Shown one piece after another: positions 37,791 through 52,369 of a stretch of DNA of 64,000 bases (positions are counted from its first letter, which is position 1; every line of letters begins with the position of its first letter). The notes below the pieces were generated by a model. It saw only the letters and a program-made list of their open reading frames with translations. It searched no databases and was not told the DNA's origin. The DNA comes from Amphiscolops sp. MND2022 (taxonomy: Eukaryota), in the NCBI GenBank assembly GCA_964187785.1, contig OZ076409.1, positions 49,478,001 through 49,542,000 of the forward strand. Reading direction: 5' to 3'. The translations under genes were made by a program, and so were the position numbers.

Positions 37791-40066
37791 TGTAGTTTTC
37801 TACACCTTGTAGTTCTATCGATCTTATCTGCAAGATGAAAAACTTAGCAAACGAAGATTCAGGACTCTGAAACCGACATGATAACGAAAACTGGCGAGAC
37901 TTTTTCCCTCGGGTAATTCCTGTTGTTAGTTGCAATACTTGCTTTGTGTTTGGTCCATTTCATTTGAAAAAAAAACATTCCCTTCTTATAGGTAATCGTG
38001 GGTCCCAAGTAACTGAGGATTTTTTCATTTTGTGAAGAAACGGATTTTGCCATATTTTTTTGACTCCAGCTCCAAAGATGCTTGTGTCAGACCTGAGTAG
38101 ATTATACTGTCATCGCCCCGTTCTCATTTTTTTGTTGTTGCCAAATTTCGTTTCCTATTTGCATTATCCAGTATTAGTCTGTCTTTGAGTTCTTCGGTAG
38201 AAACAAACTGGATATGTTTGTCTTCTAATGTTCTGAAGCATTTTTCTCGGTTGTTTTCCAGCGTCACTCCGTTGATTTCTATGCTTTTAACCATCCTAGT
38301 CTTTGTGGTTTGAGTCATTGTTCGATCGTTTTTGGTACCCTCCCGGAAAAGCACAGATTGTCTCGTTGGTTTGAGGCACACGTTTCTGTTTCCGCGTGCA
38401 CAAAGGCGACTTGCGGCCGTTAAATTTGGAGCGTCATAGGATCAGAAATGAAATGAAGAATATTTGATTTGTTCTGTTTAAGTATAAGGCAAAGTTGGTT
38501 CATATTATTCAATGAATTAAATGAGGCTACACTACCCAAAAAATGCTAACTGAGGTTGGTTTCAAGAGTACACCTCATGAATGAATCATCAGCTAGTAGT
38601 GAAAAGTTATTGTTATTATGGCACTAGCAGTGCTGTTTCCCGAGTTGTTTCATCCCATAATGTCCTAGGAAGAAATTCACAAAACGTTCAAGATAGTTTA
38701 GCAGGTACCAGACAAGTCGTTGTCTGGCAAGCTATTCTTTCCCTGGCGTAATAATGTTATTAAATGCATACGTGAAAAAAAGTAATGCAAGTCAGCTTTT
38801 TAACGATTCCAGATTGTTTGAAGACATATAAATATGCTGCACAAAATCATTAATTCCGTATGGTGTGGTGAACATGGAAAGAGATGATCAAATTACGTAA
38901 CATTTGGATTGAAGACATTTCACTAAGAAAATGTTGAGATGTCAATCAAGTGAATGACATGGACTGACAAACGTTCAAACTATATACTAAAACAAGAGAG
39001 AATCGGGTTCAGTGGGTGACTTCAAACATAAAACCCAAAAAGAGCACGAACGACCGAAAAGGTACTATCGTTGGTAAACACGAAACGCCAAATTTGCTCA
39101 TCAATGCAAAATCAAAGCACGAAAACCGAATGATTGCTAGAGACCTGGTAACATCAAAGAAAACAATTACGTATAACTCATTCGACTCACTACGGTTTCA
39201 AGGTTACTATGAAAAGCCATGATGAATTGATTTCGTGTCCTGAACAGTACTAATTGTGAATTCGTTTTTTCGTACAACTCGGTGTTTCAACAATTTCGTC
39301 AGCTGGCCTATTGTTTGTTTCAAATGTTTTCTTCGAAGTGTTTCGTTTTTTTGTTTGTTTTTTTAACCTGTTGAACGATTTGCTGATTGGAAGGTTTGCT
39401 TTCAATTTTGCCGCAGCCTTTTGCTAGTGTGTTTTCTGCTTTCGCTGTGTTGCTCTGCTTCTTGTGTATTTCTTGTCGTTGGAAAATCTACTTACCATGT
39501 TTGTTTTTCTTAACAACAGCAGAAAAAGTATCTGTCGACGTTTCAATAGAAATTGCAACGAACAGTCGTGGCTTTGTTTGAGACCGCCACGAACGGACAG
39601 ACTCGATAATTTTTTGTTATTTGCTAGCTAAATCTCGCTTTCTCGCCGCTTGGACTAGTGGATGGAGTGTGTGACGTTGAAGCAAAGATACGTGGATTGG
39701 AGTCCTAGGATGGACAATTGTTTGATTTTGCAAAAGTAAATGATACCTTGATACCAAAGGTTCTTCCTTTTTGTTTTTTGGCTCTGTACGACTTTCTTTC
39801 GAAAATAAAGATATCTGTTTCGTTTTGCACGCCTGAAGGTTCTTCTTGCATTAGTGTGTTTTTTTGTCGTTTTCTGTAAAGGAAAAAGTGGTTTTCGAGT
39901 ATCAAGTTTTCGGCACAGTAACATTGATAACTTGACTGTACGAGTTTTTCAATATTGTCTTTTTGCTTCTTAAAAATAATTTGCACTCTTTGAGCCGGGA
40001 GCGGGGCACCGACAACGGCCGCTCGCGACTTGTTCTCACTAGTTTTGACAGCAATGACTATAAAAG

Positions 40067-43000
40067 TGTCGCATGACGTCACTTCATGCAATACTTTACG
40101 TGTATACTAAAAATAGGAGCAGTATCAATTTAGTACTTGTCAACAACGCTACTACTCAATAATGTGCTGACCTACTCATTAATCTTTGAATACTTTTATT
40201 GAACAGAATAGACTCTTACAGCGCTTCCTTTGTTTCCTTATCTTATACATTCACAAGATACAACATGGCGCAGTAGCAAGATGGACAATCAAAAAGCAAC
40301 AGAGAGCACAGGCTCTTCAAGCGGAGAAATCTCCAAAAGAACAAACTCAAAACCCGAAAAGACACACCAAAAGATCACGCTACCAACATTTGGAAAACGC
40401 GGGATATAGGAGGCGAAGATATGGTGGAGACAATTCACGCAGTATACTGAAATGACCCAAAGTAACGATCTCAACGGAATGACAACAGACCGCGAAATAT
40501 TACGAAACTACAGGGATGATCTGAAACACCGGATCAAAGATTTATTCACTTGGGCACTGGGCGAGTCAGCAATAACGGAGATGACAGGAACCGTTAGAGA
40601 CAACGACGCATATCGAATGGACATTATTCAATTATATTCGCTGTTCCAGTTACATTTCATACCGGAACGAAACAAATTCCACAGTAGAGCAGACTTCTTT
40701 GGGATAACAAGAGAAAAACTTGAAACAGCAGAAGACGTATGGACGAGAATACTAAAGGTGGAAAAGAACTGCGAATTCGAGAATGTAACACCAGCAGAAT
40801 TGTTAGCATCAAAAATCCTATCTGTAATCGGCAGATCAACAGGCGATTATGAACTAAAAAAGTAAATTCGAAAAAGCGACATTACGGTCGAAACAATAAG
40901 AGCCTTGATACATGAACACTTGTATGACCGATTAAATGATTCAAACAATTCGAACGACGGAAGGGAATAAAAACCCGTACAAGAACGACCGTACAAACGA
41001 AAATGGACGGACAAAACCCGATGCAGAAAGATCAAAGAAATGGCCGAAATGTCAAAAAAAGCCAAAAGATATCCGACGTGGACAGTGCGGGGCACCAAAC
41101 TGGTCGAGACAGCACATTTGTCCAGCAAAAATGGCAGAGTGCGGAAATTGCAAAAGGAGAGGCCATTACAAAAAAATGTGCAGATGGAACGAGTAAAATA
41201 CAATAATAAAACAACATCATCGGCAGAAAAAGATAACTGGGAATACGATAGAATTCAAAGAATAGATAACACAAAACAGAAGAAAAGCTTTTACAATGCC
41301 ACACTATTGGTGAACAATGTATCAATCAAATTTATTATTGACAGCGGCTCACCAGTTACACTCATTCCAGAATGCCTTTTTAACAAAATTACACCAATTG
41401 AACCACTCAAGACCACTTATATGGATGTAAACTATCAAAAGAATAATTTCATAGGCCAGACGAAAGCTACGGTCAAAACAAACCAAGAACTAATCGAACT
41501 ACCATTATTAATTACAAAGGCACAAACGGCCCCGCTAATGGGATTGGACTGGATGCAACGGCTGAAAACTTGAGTTCAAACAACGACGCAATTCAAAATC
41601 ACAACATAGAACTTCACAACACGGAAGGAAGGATTATAAAACTTCAGAACAACATCGAAGATTCACTTTCCAACAATAAACAGATAAACAGTCTCTCGGT
41701 CAAAATAAATCTGAAAGCCGGAGCATATATAATACAACAAAACAGACGACCAATCGCAATACATTTCCAAGACCAGGTGGCACAAGAGCTAAAACGCCTA
41801 ATAAAACAAAGTTATGTGGAAAGAAGAACAGAAATTACCGAAGATTGCTTTGTAAGCACCGCAGTGATAACAATGAAGAAAGACAAGTCTGTAAAATTTG
41901 CTCCCGATTCTAGAAAACTAAACGAGATCACAGTGAAGAGAAAAGCACAAATGCCAAATATGGAAGAATTGATATCACGAATGTCGAGAAAAAACTCTGA
42001 AGGATCAGACGTCGAAATCTTAGCAACAAAACTCGATCTCATTTTTCGATTGTGCATACGGACAAATCAAGCTCGACGAAAATACAAAAAACGTATGCAT
42101 AATTACCGTAACGGGAGGAGATTTTACAAGATATTACCGTTTCCTGAAAGGCTTTCACGGACTGGCCGATTTTCCATCAAAATTCCAAGAACGGATAGAC
42201 ACAACACTGCAGCACAAACACCCGGCCTGGCTAGATGACACAATAATAGTCACCATAGAAAACATGGACAAACGCGAAGCGGAAGTATAAGAAACAATAA
42301 CCAAACTGGAACGCGAACGGATCAGATTGAGAGTGTGAACAGAAATTCAACCAATCAGCATCAAGCAAAGCGAACGAACCGAAGTCAAAAGCGAACAAAA
42401 CAAACAAGTGCAGTTCGTTGCTACCTCAGCTTAATACAGTCGATCAAAATACAAATAACATTTAGCAAACCAACCACGAAACGACAATGGACATTCGTCG
42501 CATTGAACAAATGGAACCAACGATCCATCGGAAGAAACTTTACAACTAACAAACCGTTGGAAAGAAATGGTAAAACCCGGAGAATACCGAACATCTAATG
42601 GAGTCTGCAAGAAGTACAATCCGCCAAGACATCACAGAGCAGAAATCAAACAAATCGAAATGAACCTAAGTCAAAGAAATAATAGACTGCTCTGGAACCG
42701 CATGAAAATACAAGATAAAGAACCAGAGGAAGGCACCACACGAAGAGAAGAACTAAACAGAGTGATAGAAAAAAATAGAAACATGCCTCAAAAACAAAAA
42801 CAAAACAACCAGGAACAAGCGACGGCACACAAGATGTAGAAAGCCCACCGGAGACAATTGAGACAGAATCAACAAGTTTCGTTGAATCATTCGGCGTCAC
42901 AGCAATCAACTTCAAAAAATACCCCATGACAACCGGTGTGAGGTATACTCAGAAGGAACGAGCCAATCGCACCCAAAATGAAAATAAATGGGACTTGGGG

Positions 43001-45103
43001 GAGACTATCAGGCAAGCGGAGCGAAAATTTACTACAGACTTGAAAACCATTGCCACAGAAACATCCAATGACGAAAAGTTACTGAAAACACTAGTATGTT
43101 TGGAAGGACGAACGTTAGACCAAATACCCGACGAATGCAAGCCCTAAAAGAAACAACTGTCATTGAGATTCGGTGTGGTATTCTAAGAAGACCGAATTAT
43201 AATCCCGAAGGCCCTAAGAACCACCATTATTATGCTCCTACACAAAGGACACCCGGGCCATTAACAAGATCATGGCAGCGGCGAAACTATTCTGGTGGCC
43301 ACGGATAACACAAGACATACAGCAAACTTGCGATGAATGCATTCCATGCAAAGCGGCAGGTAAGAACATTAAACCACAATTACCGATGACCGAACTTAAC
43401 TACTTACCACCGGTAGAGAAAACAAATCAAGAAATCCAATTGGATTTCATTGGACCAATAAAACTTAAGCACCGTAGGTTTTACATATTACTTTCAATAG
43501 ACCGGAACAGCAGATTGCCGGCTGCGTGCATTTGTGAAGCACCGACAGGAAAAACAGCAAAAAAATGGAACAATATGTTACAATAAATGGTCCACCACAA
43601 ACTGTTAGAACAGATAAAGGCACTGCTTTTACTGGAAAAGAATTTAGAGAACTCTGTAAACCTGTAAACATTATTCTAATATATGGGACACCATATATAC
43701 ACACACCAACCGGACTGGTGGAAAGGGGTATTAGAACATTGAAAGAATACCTCGGAACGAACTTAGAGTAAGGACACCATATAAACGATTGAGCCGTTCA
43801 CTAAATGTAATGAGAACAACGGTCCATTCTCGTATTAAGGAAACACCGTTAGAACGCCATTACGGCAGAAAACCACGCACGGAAATCCATATTTTTTAAA
43901 TATGTCACCCAATAAAAATTACCAGGTTTCAGCAAGACCAGAGACGCTACAAGTCTATTCTTTTACCAACGGGAACAGAGCGTACGACCAACTGGTAATG
44001 AAAGCCCCGAGAAAACTAAAGGAAAACGTAAGTAATAATTTTCCATACTTATTCCTTGAGAAAAAACATAACAGAGATAAATTTTAAAGTATGTTCGAAA
44101 ACAAACCAAAAACCGCGGTAGCAAGAACCAAACACACAGTAGTTACGAATACAAACAAAATAATACATAGAAAATGCATAAGCAAACCTTTGAATCCAAT
44201 TTTTCAGAACCCCTTATCACGACGGGTGGAAAACCCGAGGGGAAAAATGAAGATTCATACAGCCGGAACCATTTGAAGACAATAACACAACAGCAGAACA
44301 CTCGGAAAGATGCAGCACACTGGCGTTAGAAAAAAGTGTGCTGGATAACACTTTGGAAATGGAGAACACAATAATCAGTCCGGTGTACGGCAGAGGACGA
44401 AAAAAACGAATCAGGGACAGAAGCACCACTACAACACCATAACCCCGACCGGAAATCAACGCAAGACCAATCACGGAAGACAACCCCAACGTGATCACAG
44501 TGGAGGAGCAAAACGGTAATACCGATTTAATGAAAACTGAAAACATAGAACAAACCGATAACCACAACGAACAAAATATACGAAAATCATCTAGACTAAG
44601 ATCAACAAGTCCAATGAATACATGAGGTAACCCAATTACCTTCTGACTATTGCAGGTAACACTGTTAACAAATGGAGCAACCACGACCGCTAATAGAAAA
44701 GCCACGACGCAACTATAGAAAAAAATGGAGAAGAAAAATCCAGAAAGGGAAGAAGAAGAGGACTATACGGTAGAAACCGCATATAAAACATTGCTAATCA
44801 TTCGGACCATTCGGTGCTATTATTACTGTTTGAATGTTTGAGTTTATTACTGTGATACTTATATATAGTTATGTTTATACATGTAGTTACTTCCTAAAGA
44901 AGGGGGAATGCGGCATGACGTCTCTTCATGCACTACTTTACATGTATACTAAAAATAGTAGCAGTGACGATTTAATACCTGTCAACAACGCTACTACTCA
45001 CTATTGTGCTGATCTATTCATTGACCTTTGAATACTCTAAGTGAACAGAATAGATTCTTACAGCACTTCCTTTGTTTCCTTATCTTATTCATAAGATACA
45101 ACA
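40067..45103 (+). mobile_element. Decayed Ty3/gypsy (Mag-like) LTR retrotransposon
   Basis: LTRs 40067-40265 and 44909-45103 (TG...CA; roughly 20-25 mismatches plus a 4-bp indel by eye), TSD AAAAG on both sides, PBS TGGCGCAGTAGC, PPT aaagaagggggaa. Confidence 0.93.
40280..44650 (+). pseudogene. Fragmented gag-pol of the decayed element
   Basis: Fragments CPAKMAECGNCKRRGHYKKMC (knuckle), FIIDSGSPVTLI (protease), RT N-terminus DSRKLNE..MPNMEEL and integrase QLDFIGP/RTDKGTAF/GLVER, broken by stops and frameshifts; the RT C-terminus and RNase H appear largely deleted. Confidence 0.9.
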
Positions 45104-45696
45104 AAAAGTATGTTGTTGAAACCTGACATTGCTGGTTTTATGTACAAATTAGAAACAGATTTTGCGATAGACACGGTTACTTTAACAGACACGTTTTTAA
45201 AAGACGTTTTCATTTGACAATCACCTATTATATCACCTATATTTTCAATAAAGTCACGCTTTTACTCCAAGATCGCAGTCTGTCCGCCGCATCAGAATTC
45301 TCTCTTTTCTATTGAAATACTGCTATGTGCGTACTTTCCGAGCTAATCGGTAAGAAGGTTTGCACTTCTGCTCTCATTAATGATGAAATTTTCTAAATGT
45401 AAATTTTTTTTCGGTTTTTTTCTTAATTGTTCACGAGAGGAAAGTAACTTGGTAAGGAAATTGTTGATATTTTAAAACGCATCCTGGAAGCTGCTTTGAG
45501 ATAATATAACCAGCGGATTGTACAGTTAAAGTTTTTCATCAATTCTGATGTTGAAGTTTCGATCCTGATGAAGGTGGTTAACTTGATTTTTGCTGAAGGA
45601 GCATGAACTGAACAAACAAATAATTTGAATTAATTAGATGCAGACAGCAGCCGATGACTGTAAATTACTGACAAAAACACATCCTGTAGACATTTT

Positions 45697-48600
45697 TTAA
45701 GGCATAACGAGCTGTCCGGAAGTTATTCCTATGAACACATTAACAGATGCTGCAACTGCAATCAAAAACAAAATCAGCACGTAGTACACCATCGTATTCC
45801 GGAAATTCTTCTTGTAAAACTCGTCCGAGCAGTACAACACGCAAACTTGGGCCCCTCTTGGAAATAGCGCCTTGAAGGAAGGAGCCCAGAGTCTGTATTT
45901 GGAAAGTTCCAGATCTCCGGCTACTTCATCAGCTCCGACGTGTCTGAACAAGTATTCCCTCCCGAAAGTCACAAAATGTTGTCTTCGGACCCACGGGCAC
46001 CGAAAGAAACGGGCCCTGTTTACCCCATCGATCAATGCTGCAATGGCGAAAATGTAGAACACTATGAGGTCGAGGCCAGCGAATGCAATCCATGAGATCA
46101 GATTCGGAAAAGCTTGAACTTGGAAGTGGTCGGAGAGGATTTTCAAGCATATTGGTTTTGCTATTGTACATACTGAAAAAAAGACAATGTTAGTTTTACT
46201 TTACCGTGCACATAATCAGTCGGCGCTTCATGAAGTGAAACGCGATTATACAAGTGACTCTTTTCTTTCGATCCTTACGAACTAACCAAAATATTTCTAA
46301 GAAGTTCTACAAAACTTTAAGGTGTCAAATTGGACAATTGGTCTGAAATATAACTTAAATATGAAAGTTGTTCCTTTTTTCTAGCGTAAATTACAATACC
46401 AGCAAAAAAAAAACATTTTTCTCAACCAAAAACCTTTCAAAAAACTTTTTTTGATGAGAGTCTCAGGTAAGTCGCATAGTGCCGAAAACCCTAAGGAGTC
46501 CTTTATGCTCACAAAACGTTTCGTTTCTAGCAAAAAATGAGAGGGGGTTTCGATAAAAACCAATAGGAAAAAAGTCACATGGAAAAAACGTCAGTGTTAA
46601 AAAAAATTCGGTCACAGCGTGTTGAGGAAACCTGAGCAAAACAGTCTCATAGTATCGAAAACTGTGAAAGGTGGGACCCTTTGTGATTTTTTACCATGCA
46701 TTCTGTTGCAAAATATCAAAAAATTGAAGGGGGACCCTTTGAAGACTTTGAGAAATTTTCGAAAAAATAAACAAAAATTGAGAATTTTGAACAGTCTCAC
46801 AGTACCAAACAATCTGAAAGAAGAGGGGCCCTTTGGGATTTTTTAACATCCATTCTGTTGTAAAAGATTTTAAAAATGAAGGGACCCTTTGAGGACAATG
46901 AAAATTTTTCTTTAAAAAGTCACACTAAGCCGAAAAGAGGGAAGTCTCAGTGCCACAAAAGTGGAAAGGGGGATCTTTCTGCTTCGGAATGCTAGTAAAA
47001 ATTAGCGACACCGGCACGAACACGTAACCTTTGGGTTGAAAAGCAAGCATCTTGACACTAGACCACGAACGCATGAACTGTGAGAGTTGCCGGCTGAAAA
47101 GGGGGAGTTGTCGCGTGGAAAAAAAGCACCCGCTCTTTCCCATAACACTTGCTTTATCGCTTTATCGCTTTGTTACCCACATTTACTTGAATTAAACTGT
47201 ATTTGAGTATACCTCTTTGTTAACTCCGGTTTAATTCACGCTTCGTCTAAATTAACATTTTTTCGCAATCCCAAGAGGGTGAATTTATGCAGAGTCTACT
47301 GTAGTTGCTTATCACAAATGTAAAAATCGAAAAAGGGTCCCCTTAACAGTTTTTCGGCATTGTGAGACTTTTTTCGAAAATATTTTAACGACTTCAAAGG
47401 TCGACGACAATATTTTAGCGACAATTCGGTCCAACTTTTGGGGTTTTCGGGTACTGTAAAAGATAAAACTTGGTACTTCGGAGTCCTGTTGCTATTTTTG
47501 AGCCTTAGACATGGCGCCGACTTACGCTGTTCCCGGATTCTTTTAACTTCACACTTAGAAGGTCAATTATTGTAAAAAACATAGGCGCGACAGCATGTCG
47601 CGTTTGGGCACGAGCATAAACGTTCAATGGTTCGCAGAAGGTGTTACAAATTCTTTGTGTTCCAGGGCCCACAACCTTGTGAACTTATCCAGTCTCAGAT
47701 GAGGATATTTTGATGAAAGAACTAAAAAGATGAAGGAATTTTTTTTGAGAAAAACGAAAAAAATGTATTTTCGGCAGAAACCCGAAGGCGTCATGCTTCA
47801 TGACGGAAACTTTGATAGTAATAAAAGTACCCTACATACTTGCCTCACTTTGTGAGGGAGAGTGGTTTTCGTATCTATTTTCAGTTCTGAGACATATCAG
47901 CTACAAATTGGAAAAAAATAGAAAAAATTCAGAAAAATTTTTTCATTACTTTATTTGCTAAAAAAATCCAGAGCGAAAAAATTTCGACATCTCTTTTAGC
48001 CTAAAACGTAGCCTACATAAACCTCGTAAACTTAACGAAACCATGAACCCCATATTTGGTCTCGGTCAAGAGATATACGAGCTCAAGTAAAAAAGAACCA
48101 AGAAATTTTTTTGAAAAAATTCGATGTATTTTGGCAGAAAAACGAAGGCGTCATACTTGATGACGGTGACTTTGTTGGTCCAAAAAGTAGCCTTTATCTA
48201 TGTTGTTCTTCTCGAAAGAGAATGGTTTCTGTATCTTTTATCACTTTTGAGAAATATGAGCTACGAATGAGAAAATTTTTTTCGAAAAATGTTTCGTCCT
48301 CTTTATTGCCCAAAAACACCAAGTATCAAAAAAAATTTTGACGTCATTTTTAGTCCAAAATGTAGCCTATTAAACGCTTGTACAATTTACGAAATCATGG
48401 ACCCTGTATTCGGTCTCAGTTCTGAGATATAGGTGATCAAAGATGAAAAATAGACAAAAATAGCGTTTTTTTCAAAAATTCTTTTGAAAAAAACCTATGA
48501 AGCCGAATTTTTTTCGAAAACATTTTTCGGCGAAAATGTAGCCCAGGATCCTGCGCAACTTCTAGCGAAAACATGGTGTCCGTGTCTGTTCTGGGTTTTG

Positions 48601-50370
48601 AGAAATTTGCCTCACAAGTTTGAAAAATTGGCACATGTCACGAAATCTGCGAAAAAAAACGTCACCATATGGGCATCTCGCTAAGCTCGTGCCCCAAAAA
48701 CGTCACCATATGGGCATCTCGCAAAGCTCGTGCCCCAAAAACCCCAGTTCAAACTTTAAACACAAAATACAATAAGCTGGCAAATTCTTCGTCCAAGAAC
48801 TTGGGTTTTAATGCATTATTCTTACATGCGACTTTCAAGGTCTTGTTTAATTTTGTCGGATTTTGGTAGTTTTAATTTTAAGTTGTAAGGTTTTGATAGT
48901 TTTTGTGTGTTATAGCAAAGATTGTTCAGGAATCTTGCTGAAAATTGACACACAAGACAATTCCATGTTTCGTCTGAATTTTAGGGGAAATGCAAAATAA
49001 TTGCAGAATTGTCTGATGCTTCGACTAGGGATATAAAGAAAAGTGGAGAAATGCGAAAAGCTCAAGAGTATCTTTCTCTTTTAAAGGCAAGCGATCAAAA
49101 CTTTGGTCAAGAAATGGAGATATAATTGAATCATTTCAAATGGTAATTATTGATGGAAAAGCGGTTTATAGTCACTTTTTTCAAAAAAAAATTGACATCT
49201 TTTCAATCAACAGTCGCCCTGTTGTTCCAAACCGAATTTGTTGCATTTCCTTTGCTTTACCAGGAGCACCTTATATATTTTCAAAAACATCTTGGGGTTG
49301 GTTTTAATTATTGGAGTTATTGTTTTATAAATATTAGACATTTTTCAGTTATTCTCTTCGAAATTTCCAACAGCGTTTTATAAAAAAATCTAACATATGA
49401 TAATTGCTTGCACAATGTTGCACAGAGTAGTAGAAAAAGGCCCCTTTCCTCCGAAAACAAACACTTTATATAGCTTGGGCCCAAAACTTCTGTTCAGTTT
49501 CCTCAACTCGTTGTAAGCAGATGATATTCTGTTAGACTTGGTTAATCCAAAACAACCAGCTGTTTCCAGGGTGGTTTGCTGCAGTGGTGCTCTCAGTTCT
49601 CTGTGTTCCCTGAAAACAAAACTCACCATGACACTTTTGAAAATTTTTAATCATAAATTGCAATGAAAGTTGCTTCAAAATCATGCATCGTGGAGTGTGT
49701 AAACCAATTGTCGAGTTTTAGCTTGAAATTCATCGCAAAGCTATTTGCCAGGATCCCAAAGACCAATACAAAAGGTTAGGACTTGATGATCAATTTTGAG
49801 GTTTCTTCAATTTTTAAAAAGTATATTGCCAACAAACATCAAAATCAGCCCAATATAATCCGCACGAATACAAGGTAGCTGTACAAAGATCATGGATGGC
49901 TATGAAAAAGCGTGACATCCTGTACATGGTCTTGCATGGTCATGACAAAATTTGCTAAACATTTTTCATGGACCGAAGAGCGTTCAAAATTTCATCTATA
50001 TTACAACTCTCTTTTATCATAAGACGTTGGAACATGGAGCTTTCATTGAAAAATGGGGTTAAATTGGTTATTATAATTATACTAGCCCTATAACTGATGC
50101 TGTTGAAGTGATAGAGTTGGTTCGGCGTCTTTCTTGCCCAGGTCCTCTTGGTTGCGTGGGGGCTGGGAAGCTGGGGGCTGGGAAGCTGGGGGCTACTGCG
50201 TCATCGTAGCGGGGAGGAGGAGTTGGGTTCAGATTGGCCGCGAATCTTGGTTGTACGTTTCGGCCAGCGTCCACTGCGGATGAGCTATAAGACGGGGGTC
50301 TGATTGAACCTGATTCCAGAAATGGTGCTGTCGCGTCTGCAAACTCCATCTGGGCGTCTTGAATATCCAT
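45697..50370 (-). CDS. Probable 3-exon host gene, about 324 aa: Pro-rich N-terminus with PPxY motifs and three hydrophobic (TM-like) segments
   Basis: Exons 50370-50087, 49609-49395 and 46172-45697 join in frame (975 nt). Acceptors ttgttttcag and ttttttcag; second donor gttaga. The first donor would be GC (gg|gctagt), so an extra small exon cannot be excluded. Confidence 0.6.
47603..48737. mobile_element. Putative TIR element with an internal diverged ~360-bp tandem duplication, inside the host-gene intron
   Basis: gggcacgagc / gctcgtgccc ends; 47761-48090 resembles 48121-48440; an ~40-bp tandem duplication lies at 48656-48740. Confidence 0.4.
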
Positions 50371-51878
50371 AAACAATTGTAAATTATAGCGCTTGATGAA
50401 TGATTTATATATATAATTCAAACTTTCTGTTTTGTGGTCACCGTGATAGAGCTAAGAAACGAACATTTTCGCCCTGTTTTTAAATACTTGCAGTCTTCGC
50501 ATTTGAAATTTCGAAGGCAATCAAAAGTTTTGGAACACGAAATCAGCATTGAATCTCAAAGCATTGAATAGTTGAAATAATCGAAAAAATATTTCTTCTA
50601 TTAGATCTAAAATTAGATTGAGGGTTCAACACTGAAAGGACGTATAAACATAAACAAGGTTTGATTGCTTGTTTCAAACTGTAATTCAACAACAGCTAAC
50701 GAAATGCCACTTTCAAATTATAAAGATTTATATAGAAACTTTACTCTAAAACAAAAGTTTTGCGGCCCGAGTTTTGTCCCAAAAAATATTGGGATCCAAA
50801 CAGCAAAAAGAAAACTCTTTTCCTTGAAATTTTTAAATGTCGCGTTTTTTCGAGTGGTGAAAGAGTTTACTAGCCTTTTTCTCGCAAAAATAATTGACTA
50901 TTTCTTTACTAATGTAAAACTTCTTTATGTCCAACTACAACCAAGCACCAAAATTCTTGACAGATGGCAACATTAAGAAAATGGTAATGACGTCAGAGTT
51001 TGCTGCGAACAAACATTTGTGTTCCGAAACTCACGTTCATCTTCTAAACCATTAAGAATGTCACTGTTTGTTAAACGTAGCTTTCGCAAAGATCACAAGT
51101 CAAGGTGGTCACTCTACAAATTGCAATTTGGACCTAATTTGCTTCCAGTTTTGATAGAAGCACGTTTTCTGACAGATTCGAAAGATTACGCTAACAGGTT
51201 TCAAACAGTTTCAAAAATCAGCTAATAGATCAAACTGTTCCAAAGTTTAATCATTCGACTGTTGTTAAAGATACTCACTCGGTCCATCTCTAAGACGGTC
51301 GTAAAGGGCTGAAGTTATGGAGAAAGAAAAATACTAGAGAACGCGTCATAAGGTTATATGTCATAACGTAAATCACTGTCTTGAGAGTCAATTGAACTCT
51401 CTGGTCTGTGATTAGCCTGGCGACATTGATCTGAACCTATTTTAGGTAAGTTTACACACGTTTTTTGGCTGGTTTCTACACCATTGCAGTTCATCTGACC
51501 GAAGGTCCACTTCCACGTAAGTCACTACTTTGCACCCTGCGAGCAGTTTGGATACTCGGTAACACCTTTTCTGCAATTGCTCAATACATTGCATTGTATC
51601 TGTGAATTCAGATCCGATTTCATCTGCTCTAGCTTTTTAGACATCGGCGTCGTAATTTCTCGATGATAGTTCCACTATTTTAACAACTATTAGTGTTTAG
51701 CTAAGACCTAAAATCTTCATCGGTGTGGTTAACATTTCTTTGTAGTCCTCTTGATTCTAAGAAACTGTAACGTCCACCGGTCGACGACCAAAATTTCGAT
51801 GAAAAAGACCAAAAATGTGCGAAAAAAAATGGCCGACGTGACAGGTCCTTGATATCATAGAGAAGCAGAAAGAAGCAC

Positions 51879-52369
51879 AACAAGACGAGAACGTCTAAAG
51901 TCGGCGCTATATCTAAGGCTCAAAAAGCGCAAAACATTTTTTTTGGAAAAAACTTGAATTTTTCGAATAAACTTTTTCTTTCGGAAAATGTCGCACAGTG
52001 CCGAAAAATGTAAAAGGGGGACCCTTTTTGATTTATAAACACGCATTCTGTAGCAAAATTACAGAAAACTCAAAGGGGGGACCCTTTGGGGACATTAAAA
52101 AATATTCGAATAAAAGTCGCACAGTGCCGAAAAAAGTCGAAAGGGGGACCCTTTAGTCCCGTCCGGGTTTGTAGGTAACGTTTAAAAAGTAAAAAACCAA
52201 AGGGGGGACTCTTTGGAATAACTTAGATGCGTTTCCGGGGTATTCGTTTAGTTTTCTTTAGTTGAAGATACTGAACGTTAACGTTCGTCGCTTCGAGTCT
52301 GTCTTAAATTAAAAGAAAACGAGTGTCTAATAGTCGGGCTCTTTTATTATTAAAAGCACCGACTAAAAA
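51879..52369 (+). mobile_element. Helentron/DINE-1-like non-autonomous element (best-preserved copy of the most abundant repeat here)
   Basis: Starts aacaagacgagaacgtctaaAGTCGGCGCT and ends agtcgggctc...AGCACCGACTaaaaa, giving subterminal inverted repeats plus a short hairpin-forming repeat at one end. Internal aaagggggaccc and cacagtgccgaaa units. Related ends near 972, 4337, 6171-6211, 6416, 46218, 47530 and 60117. Confidence 0.6.

Noticed and set aside
35330..39600. Host gene on the minus strand
   Set aside because: Several coding-looking patches, but they are interrupted by stops and repeats, and I could not build a consistent exon chain or identify a domain.
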